DNA from: Raillietiella orientalis
Taxonomy: Eukaryota
DNA length: 64,000 nt
Reading direction: 5' to 3'
Assembly (NCBI GenBank): GCA_036172245.1
Contig: JAYWIR010000071.1
Location: forward strand, 62,001-126,000
Shown here: in pieces, positions 11,613 through 19,130 of the stretch
How positions within the stretch are numbered: the stretch's first letter is position 1
How the letters are laid out: the number at the start of each line of letters is the position of its first letter
The notes under the pieces: generated by a model
What the model was told of the DNA's origin: nothing
The model's input: the letters and a program-made list of their open reading frames with translations, nothing else
Databases searched by the model: none
Translations under genes and position numbers: made by a program

Positions 11613-13115
11613 CTATTTGACCTTTCTCTTCTTTTTGGACAGTGGTGCCCTTGTCTGGGCGCGCCTGTCCTTCTTTCTATTTCCCCTGTTTCCCTGGTCT
11701 CTAGCGCCCTCCTCCTCGGAGTTGTCCTCTTCCGAGTTGCAGGAGAGCACTACTTGGATTTCCGCTTCCTCCCCCTGTTTAGGTTTCTCCTCCTTAAGTA
11801 CGAGGGGGGTTAGGCTGACGTACACTTGCTCCTCAAGGTGCATCGCTGCCTGAGGCGAGATTGTCTCTTGCCTCAGGCTTTCCAGCAGCTCTTTCGACTG
11901 CTGGAATGCCAGCCCTTTTTCTTGGTCGTTCGCGACCTCGCTAATTGTTGAGCGAAGGTCGTCAATTTTCGCCTGCAGGTCGCTCGTGGTTGCCTCGTGC
12001 CCGATTTCTCCCTTGGGAGTCTCGTCGGTGGAGGCTACGGGCTCTTTTCGCTCCCTGCTTCTCCCGCTGTCGATTGGTGCCGCCTGGGTTTTCCTTTCTG
12101 GAGTAGGGGGAAGAGAAGGCTTGGAAGTCTCCACCGGAGTTTCGGGAGAGCTCTCCTTTTGCTTTCTCCTCTCTTCCTGGAAGGCTAGCCAATCTTGGTA
12201 TTTGTGGCATTCCTTCCTCTCGTGCCCCCCGGCCTTGCAAAAGTAGCAACGCTTGGGGCGTTCGCATGCGGCATCAGCGTGCTTCGCCTTGCCGCAGTGC
12301 TTGCACCTTCTCTCCGGGCAAACCACCGTCCTGTGACCGAAAACCATGCAGGTGCGGCAGAAGTCCGGTTGTTCACGGTACGCCACGCGTACTAGGTGCG
12401 AGTTCTCGTCGATTCGGACCAGGGTAGGGATCTGCGCCCCTTTCCGCATCCGGATTTTCACGATGGCTTCTCCACCGTACCTTTTCTGGTGGTAGCCAAT
12501 TTCGTTCATGCGGACGACTTCGCCGTATTGATCGAAGTATTCCATCACCGCGTCTACTTCCGTCATCGGATGCACTCCGGACAAGTACACCGACGTAGCC
12601 GCGAGTTCGGAAACTCCGCGGATGATGTGGCCGTTTATTTCGAGGCCGTTCTCCACCAAATCGTCGATGAGCTCGGGTTTATCCGTATACACGGCGAAAC
12701 CCCCCACGTAAAAAACGATGGCTTTCACATCTTCGAAGTCGATCCTCTTACGGTGAATCGCGAGGTATATCTCGCGAACGGAGTTGTTGGTCAGTCGACC
12801 CATGAGAAAAGTGACCGCAGTGACCTCCGGGCCGAATTTTCGCATGGGGCCTGAACCCCTCTTCAACTCTCTCCCGACGATAACGCCGTTTCCCACTGCT
12901 GATGCAACTCCCGAACTGGACGCAGCCACGCTCACGTACGACGGCGCTGCGGGTACCTGACCTGCTGTCGCAGCTGCGGACGTCGTTGCGATCGCCGTGG
13001 AGGGTCCAGCTTGCACTTGCATCCTGGATTTCTTTTCCCCTCTCTTCCCTGGAATTCCTGTATTCCTCGGTTTCCCACGTGCGTTGGTGGATAGTGAAGG
13101 GTCCACCTTCCTCAC
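11613..13115 (-). CDS. E5 ORF1 (RRM-like + 3 CCHC knuckles); first ATG at 13022
   Basis: CRTCMVFGHRTVVC, CKHCGKAKHADAAC, CYFCKAGGHERKEC; basic C-terminus SKKKRKVK. Confidence 0.87.
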   Translation of the reverse strand: MRKVDPSLSTNARGKPRNTGIPGKRGEKKSRMQVQAGPSTAIATTSAAATAGQVPAAPSYVSVAASSSGVASAVGNGVIVGRELKRGSGPMRKFGPEVTAVTFLMGRLTNNSVREIYLAIHRKRIDFEDVKAIVFYVGGFAVYTDKPELIDDLVENGLEINGHIIRGVSELAATSVYLSGVHPMTEVDAVMEYFDQYGEVVRMNEIGYHQKRYGGEAIVKIRMRKGAQIPTLVRIDENSHLVRVAYREQPDFCRTCMVFGHRTVVCPERRCKHCGKAKHADAACERPKRCYFCKAGGHERKECHKYQDWLAFQEERRKQKESSPETPVETSKPSLPPTPERKTQAAPIDSGRSRERKEPVASTDETPKGEIGHEATTSDLQAKIDDLRSTISEVANDQEKGLAFQQSKELLESLRQETISPQAAMHLEEQVYVSLTPLVLKEEKPKQGEEAEIQVVLSCNSEEDNSEEEGARDQGNRGNRKKDRRAQTRAPLSKKKRKVK

Positions 13116-13147
13116 TTTGCACCGAACACTGTTTTTTCACGATCACT

Positions 13148-13268
13148 TGCCCTCTCGGGGCACGCAAAAATTGCCGCGGCAGTGGTTTTACGCACTGCCT
13201 TGGCGGGGTATTGGGTAAAGTTTTCAACTAGCAATAATCGCGGCTCAGTCGCCTTCCTCGCCTACGAT
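13148..13268 (-). ncRNA. U4: 5'-truncated U4 snRNA copy (nt 20-140) between E4 and E5
   Basis: 121 nt matching U4 nt 20-140. Confidence 0.93.
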
Positions 13269-16200
13269 TTTCCCCAAGTCCCACAGGGGGTGGGGTAAAT
13301 TTATTTTCTATAAAAATACAATTTTACATTCACACTCACATTCACTCTATGTTTACTCTTTGTCTTTCACTTTGAAGTCCTGGGGGGGTACACTAGAGTA
13401 CTGCTTTTTACTTCAGGGTGGATTTCCAGCTGGATGGTCCCGGGCGTCGTCCTCAATCCTCTTCAGGATGAATCTGTACGTCCAGGCTTGGATGCGTCCA
13501 CAATTCCTGATGCCGATCTCCTTCTTGATGAGTCCTTGCAGGATCTCCATCGGGGTTGCGGCTCTGCTGGCTCTTCTCATCTTCCACCACCGCACAAGTA
13601 TGGCGGTGATGAAGAGGGCAATGGTCGTCCTCACCATGGGATTGTAACAGGGAACATTACCATTTCCCTGAAACATCCCGGCGAGGATCTCCATCACGGA
13701 ACTGGTCGTCATTCCAATGATCCTTTTCAGGATCAGCCAGTCGTGAAGGAGTGTGGGACACGTCAAGATGTGAAGTCTTGTATCGTTGTCACCACACGCC
13801 GTGCAGTCTCCGTCTTCCCGTCTTCTGGTGAAGTGCTTGAGTCTGGACCCGCTCAGGATACCTCCATGGTAAAACATCAGGAGGTTGTCCTGGGTGTCCG
13901 GCGGAAGGTCACTCCTCCAGAGCGTTGTGCCGATCGCCAACAGGTTGATGCGATCGCTCCCGTAGCGGTCGGCGGCTTCTTGGAGGGCACTGGTGTCCTT
14001 TTCTTCGTCTCTGATCATCTTCCGGAGGTTCATTTTGGTCACCCTCGACCACGCGAAGTCGTTGTGGTTAATCCACACCTCGCGGGTCTGGTGGGTGAAC
14101 CTCCCTAACATCATCTCTATGTACCGGAGTACACGAGAATGATGTAGGTATCCTCCTCGGCGCCATTCCTGGATCCGTTGCAGGGTAACTCTGGGCCGCT
14201 GGTAGATCCAGCTTCTCGTGTCCGGAGGGACCGGAAGCATCCAGGGGATCACCAGGATGGACTCGTCCTGCCAGAGTTCCCTGCTTCTTGGCACGATCTT
14301 CATCTTGTGCTTTCGCACAAGCCGCTGTTTTCTTCTCCAGGTAGGGTCGATGGTGATCCATTCCCCTGCTCGGCCTAGCAGCGCAGTCATCAGGCCTTTC
14401 GAGTTGTTCAGCAACAACGCGTAGGCCCTGTGCGCCGCATACGGCCAGTCATCCCAGTGAGTGGCTATGTCCAGGATGTGTCGCGTATCCATGATTTCCA
14501 TGGAATGTGCAGGCGACTTCATCCCGGAACCGCCTTCTTCCCTGGGACGACACAGAGGTTTGAGACGGACTCTTGGGCGATAATGGCCCCACAAAGTTTT
14601 CCTTTGCAGCTTTTCTACTTCCCTCGTGGTATCTTTATTCATTCTTGCGAAGGCCGCCCCGAAGAGTATCTTTGGTAGAAGTACTCCGTTCCACAGGTTG
14701 GCTCTTCGCTTCATGTTAAAGTCCACTCGAGTGTACTTCGCTGCTTCGTTGGCCGTTTTCCCCAGGATTTCCGTCCACAGCAGTTTCGACGCAGAGTCGT
14801 CGCCGATGTAGACTCCCAGGTACTTGGCCGTGTCCACCGTACGGAATCCACTCCCCGTTAGAGTGGAGAGGTTCAGGATTCCGACGGGCAAAAGCTGGCT
14901 CTTTTGGGCATTGATTTTCAAGCCCAGTCCCTGTTCCATGAGGTCGACCACATCCAGGAACGCTCGTTGATTCCTCTCTCCCTTGATGAAGAAGAGGAGA
15001 TCATCTGCGTATGCCAGATGGGTCAGGTGCTGACCATCAATGGAAATCCCTGATAGACGACCGCTTCTCTCGATGTAAGAAGACAGCGCCTCCATGTATA
15101 TGACGAACAGCATTGGACTTAGCGAGTCGCCCTGCCGGACTCCTCGTTCCATCCTAATTGCTGCCGTCTCTTGGCCGTTGATTTTGATACGGCAGTACTG
15201 GTTTTGGAGTACCGCCCTCACGAAGTTGCTGAAGTGTTCCGGAAGCCCAAGCTTCTCCAGAACCTTCAGCAGCATCCCGTGGTCGATGGAGTCGAAGGCC
15301 TTCTCCATGTCAGTGAACACCAGCACCAGGTTCTCGCCGACGTATCGGCTGAGTCCGACGGTGGCCTGGGCGCACTTGACATTGTCAGACATGTGTCGTC
15401 CTGGGACTGCACACGTCTGGACCGGAGAGATCAGCCTCGACATGACCCTGCCTAAGCGGTTGGACCAGATCTTCGCCAACCACTTGGCATCTGAGTTTAG
15501 GATCGAGATCGGCCTCCATTGAGCGATCTGCGTGAGATCGCCTCCTTTTGGCAGCAATCTCATCCTACTCTCGTAGAAGGATTCCGGAAGTCGTCCTTCT
15601 TCTCGGATGCAGAGTGTCAACTGGTGGAACAAACGCAGGTAGGCGTGCAGGTACCGCTGATAGTGCGAGATGGGTACACTATCAGGGCCTGCTGCCACAT
15701 CCTTGCGAAGCTGCCCAAACGCAGTCTTCACTTCCTCTTCGGAGAACTCCTCCTCCAGTCTACTTCTTTGGAGGTCGTCCGTCCTCTTCTCGAGGTAACC
15801 CAGGAAGGCTTGCTGACTCGAGCGGCAGAGATCTTGTCGTCGGAAGTGTCTCGCGTAATGCCTGTGAAAGGCTTCCGCGATATCCTCCGACGTGTGCCGC
15901 TCTTGGCCGTCGTACTGGATGCAGAAGATATCTGTCGCCAGATTCCTCTTTTCCAGCACGCCGACCTCCCCTTTCGTGTTCTGGAAGACGTACCGACTCT
16001 CGTACTGATCGAAGTACTTCGAGAGGGAGCGATCTTGAATGTCCAGCTCCCGGTACGCTTCCTGCCTCATACGCTTGCAAAAGTACTGCATGTTGCAGAA
16101 CAGATCGATCCTGTGCTTCAACCTGTCCCAGTCGGCGACTCTGCGTATGGTGGTGTCCCGCAGAATAGCCTCGATGACCTCCTGGTGACAGGGAAGCGTT

Positions 16201-18850
16201 TCCAACCAGGCGGGCATGCAGATGAACGCCGCCCTGGTGGCCTTTTCCCTACGGGGATTTTCAGTGCGGAGTGTAAACCGTATCAATGGGTGATCGGACA
16301 ACAGATGTGGAATGTCGCGAAAACCCAGGATGCGGTTGTCTACCTCCGCACTGTGGAGGACGTGATCGATCGGTTTGTGGCTAGCTGTTCGCCACAAAAG
16401 TCCGAACTCGTCGGACAGCCGCCGATACGCCGCTCTTCCCCTTGCATCCTGAGAATACTTGATTTCATCAAGGATGTTGAAATCCCCAGCGACGATGACT
16501 ATGTCCTTCGGTGCCACTCGTTTGCGGAGTTCTTCTTGCAGTTTCTCCGCGCACCGATGCTTGATCTTGTGCGGTCCGTAGACGTTCACCAGGAAGAGGT
16601 GAACGTTACTGGACCAGGACAGTCGCACGCCGATTACTCTGCCAGGTACCGGACAGAAGGTTTCCAGAATGGTGTGGGCGAGCTCGTTCTTGATGAGGAT
16701 CGACACCCCCATGGTCTTCTTCTGTCCCTCGCTGGCGAACAGTTGTCCGTCGAATCGGCGTTCCATCTCCAGGGCGTTCTGCTGCCCGAGACGGTGGATT
16801 TCTTGTAGGCACACCACATCCTGTCTTGCGATGGTCCGCATGACACTTTTTCTCTTTCCCTGGTCCGTCAGTCCATTCACATTCCAGGAGGCGATGTTAA
16901 TCCTCCTGGCACTGGACAGCGACGAGGCCATGAAAGGGGGGGAGTCCTTCTTCACCTTTCTTGCCTTCCTTAGCTTCTTCTGCTGGGGAGACTTGTTCAG
17001 TTTCCCCGCTGAAGAAGTGGGTTTTTCACTGCCGGCATCACTCTCGGTGCCGGTGTGATCAGTGGACTCCTGTTCGTCCACAGAGCGTTCCGCCTTGGCG
17101 ACCACCTTGCGCGGAAGGGTCTCCAGCGAGACCGTCGCACAGAATGCCGCCTTCAGGTCGCCCAGCTGGTCCTCCAGCTTTTCCCGCTCTGGTTCTACAA
17201 CCATGCGGTTGACGTCGTCTTGGACCTCGCAGATTCGGTTCAGGATTTTCACCTGATCCGCCTCCTTTTGGCCCTGACGGACCTCCTCTGCCAGTTTAAC
17301 CACCTCCTCGGAAAGTTGCAGGGCCTCCTGCGTTTCCGGGATGGGTTCCGGCGTCTTGACTTCCTCTTCTGCCTCTAACGCCACCTCCATTTTTTCGCCT
17401 TCAACCGCTTCCACTACCGGGGTAGAGGGAATCTGTTGCTCCCTGGCAATCATCTTCCTCTTCCCCTTCTTCCTTACCTCCACGAAACCGTCTGCCGAGA
17501 CCGGAGCGGTCTCTCTCACCTTTTTCTGTTTTGCTAGCTGAGGTTTTATCACCTCAGCCAGCATCCTTTCCCTCACGGGGGATTCACCTCTTATTGTCCG
17601 GTAGTTGGCATACTCCGGACACGACCATTTCGTATGCCCAGGCTGTTTGCAAAAAGAGCAAAGCTCGGGCATGCTGCAGTTTCGCACCTGGTGGTCCAAC
17701 TTCCCACAGCGGAAGCAACGCGACCTTGGGCAGGCGCCCAAGCGGTTCCCGAAATTTTTGCAGCCGGTGCAAAAGATCGGCTGCTGCCTATATCTGACGG
17801 AAACGTCTTGCGACGATTCGTCGATGTGCACATTGCCTGGGATCTGCGCCCCGTCCTTCAATTTAATTTTGGCGATCAACTCGCCCGAGAAGATGTCTCC
17901 GGAGATGTTCTCGGTCTTCATTTCCAGAACTTCTCCGTATTGGGACAGGAAGTCCCATATCGCTTCTTTCTCGGTGAGGATGCCAATTCCACTTAGGAAG
18001 ACTGTCGTGTAAGGCATTTCGCCAATGCCTTGCACCATCTTCCCCTGAATGTTGATGCCCTTTTCGATAAGGGCCTCCCGGAGCTCTTCACCATCAGTGT
18101 AGAGGATGAATTCCGCTGAGTTCGGGATTATCGCCTGCAGCCGATCAAAGTCGACATTTGTTCTATACAGCGCACAATACACCTGCCTTATGCTGTTAAA
18201 CCGGACCAGCCCGGTTTTAAAGGTGATGGGTTTGGACGCTGGGCTCAGCTTCACCATCCGTTCTTTGGTTCGAGTGATGTTTTCACTCGCAGGCTTCCCG
18301 AATTTCCTGTTTGGCAGGGCAGAGGCCTGCCCCGCCGTCACCGCCGCATAAGAAAAAGGCGGTTTCGCCGCCGCCGCCAAGCAAGATGGCGTCGCACCTT
18401 GCGCCGCGTGGACGCCCGCGGCTCCCGCCTGGGACGCCGCCGCCACCGCGGGCGCAACCCTCGACGTCGCCGTCGCTGATGTCGCCGTAGGCGGGACCTT
18501 TGGCATCGCCGCCGCCGGCACGACCTTTTCCGCCGCGGGCGCGATCCTCGGCGTCGCCGCGGGCACGACCCTCGGCATCGCCGCCGCCGGCGCAGCAAAG
18601 CCTGCCGCGGGCGCGACCCTCGGCGTCGCCGCTGCATCCTCGCCACTGCCGCATATTACCTCCATGTGTTCTTCCATGAGGGTCGACGGCTGCTCCACTT
18701 CTTCCTGGTGCCTCCTTGCGGCTGCCGTTGCTGCCGCGCTTCTTGTTTGGAGGACTTCCACCTCGGGTCCTTCGGCGCTGCTGCTGCTGCTGCTGTCGGG
18801 TATTTCCGTCGGTGGCACAGTCACATCCACACTATCTTTCACTATTCACT
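13269..18850 (-). mobile_element. E4: Tx1-like element, family A, with ORF1-ORF2 fused
   Basis: Single 1809-aa ORF; 3' end joined to U4 nt 20. Confidence 0.93.
13413..18842 (-). CDS. E4 fused ORF1-ORF2 polyprotein (gag-like + APE + RT + zinc finger)
   Basis: Continuous frame ...RKVKKDSPPFMASSLSSARR...; the first knuckle has H->N (CTGCKNFGNRLGAC); ORF2 ATG at 16932. Confidence 0.9.
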   Translation of the reverse strand: MKDSVDVTVPPTEIPDSSSSSSAEGPEVEVLQTRSAAATAAARRHQEEVEQPSTLMEEHMEVICGSGEDAAATPRVAPAAGFAAPAAAMPRVVPAATPRIAPAAEKVVPAAAMPKVPPTATSATATSRVAPAVAAASQAGAAGVHAAQGATPSCLAAAAKPPFSYAAVTAGQASALPNRKFGKPASENITRTKERMVKLSPASKPITFKTGLVRFNSIRQVYCALYRTNVDFDRLQAIIPNSAEFILYTDGEELREALIEKGINIQGKMVQGIGEMPYTTVFLSGIGILTEKEAIWDFLSQYGEVLEMKTENISGDIFSGELIAKIKLKDGAQIPGNVHIDESSQDVSVRYRQQPIFCTGCKNFGNRLGACPRSRCFRCGKLDHQVRNCSMPELCSFCKQPGHTKWSCPEYANYRTIRGESPVRERMLAEVIKPQLAKQKKVRETAPVSADGFVEVRKKGKRKMIAREQQIPSTPVVEAVEGEKMEVALEAEEEVKTPEPIPETQEALQLSEEVVKLAEEVRQGQKEADQVKILNRICEVQDDVNRMVVEPEREKLEDQLGDLKAAFCATVSLETLPRKVVAKAERSVDEQESTDHTGTESDAGSEKPTSSAGKLNKSPQQKKLRKARKVKKDSPPFMASSLSSARRINIASWNVNGLTDQGKRKSVMRTIARQDVVCLQEIHRLGQQNALEMERRFDGQLFASEGQKKTMGVSILIKNELAHTILETFCPVPGRVIGVRLSWSSNVHLFLVNVYGPHKIKHRCAEKLQEELRKRVAPKDIVIVAGDFNILDEIKYSQDARGRAAYRRLSDEFGLLWRTASHKPIDHVLHSAEVDNRILGFRDIPHLLSDHPLIRFTLRTENPRREKATRAAFICMPAWLETLPCHQEVIEAILRDTTIRRVADWDRLKHRIDLFCNMQYFCKRMRQEAYRELDIQDRSLSKYFDQYESRYVFQNTKGEVGVLEKRNLATDIFCIQYDGQERHTSEDIAEAFHRHYARHFRRQDLCRSSQQAFLGYLEKRTDDLQRSRLEEEFSEEEVKTAFGQLRKDVAAGPDSVPISHYQRYLHAYLRLFHQLTLCIREEGRLPESFYESRMRLLPKGGDLTQIAQWRPISILNSDAKWLAKIWSNRLGRVMSRLISPVQTCAVPGRHMSDNVKCAQATVGLSRYVGENLVLVFTDMEKAFDSIDHGMLLKVLEKLGLPEHFSNFVRAVLQNQYCRIKINGQETAAIRMERGVRQGDSLSPMLFVIYMEALSSYIERSGRLSGISIDGQHLTHLAYADDLLFFIKGERNQRAFLDVVDLMEQGLGLKINAQKSQLLPVGILNLSTLTGSGFRTVDTAKYLGVYIGDDSASKLLWTEILGKTANEAAKYTRVDFNMKRRANLWNGVLLPKILFGAAFARMNKDTTREVEKLQRKTLWGHYRPRVRLKPLCRPREEGGSGMKSPAHSMEIMDTRHILDIATHWDDWPYAAHRAYALLLNNSKGLMTALLGRAGEWITIDPTWRRKQRLVRKHKMKIVPRSRELWQDESILVIPWMLPVPPDTRSWIYQRPRVTLQRIQEWRRGGYLHHSRVLRYIEMMLGRFTHQTREVWINHNDFAWSRVTKMNLRKMIRDEEKDTSALQEAADRYGSDRINLLAIGTTLWRSDLPPDTQDNLLMFYHGGILSGSRLKHFTRRREDGDCTACGDNDTRLHILTCPTLLHDWLILKRIIGMTTSSVMEILAGMFQGNGNVPCYNPMVRTTIALFITAILVRWWKMRRASRAATPMEILQGLIKKEIGIRNCGRIQAWTYRFILKRIEDDARDHPAGNPP

Positions 18851-18967
18851 TGCCCTCTCGGGGCACGCAAAAATTGTTGCGGCAGTGGTTTTACGCACTG
18901 CCTTGGCGGGGTATTGGGTAAAGTTTTCAACTAGCAATAATCGCGGCTCAGTCGCCTTTCTCGCCTA
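18851..18967 (-). ncRNA. U4: 5'-truncated U4 snRNA copy (nt 24-140) between E3 and E4
   Basis: 117 nt matching U4 nt 24-140. Confidence 0.93.
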
Positions 18968-19130
18968 TTTTCCCCAGGTCCCACAAGGGGTGGGGTAAAT
19001 TTATTTTCCTATAAAAACATTCACGCTACAATCACATTCATACACTTTCACTTTTCCTCACTTATCACTGGTCACTTTGGCACTTGTCCTTGAAGTTCAC
19101 TTCTGGGCGTCTGAGAAGTCACTGCTCTAC

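Larger units (their letters stand above)
7989..13147 (-). mobile_element. E5: Tx1-like element, family B (most divergent), apparently intact
   Basis: Two intact ORFs, much diverged from families A and C; 3' end joined to U4 nt 30. Confidence 0.93.

Noticed and set aside
15519..16808. Long plus-strand ORFs antisense to ORF2 (also 20814-21734, 26349-27638, 32028-33317) and Arg-rich ORFs over the ORF1 Ala-rich region
   Set aside because: Shadow frames of GC-rich coding sequence; no recognisable motifs.
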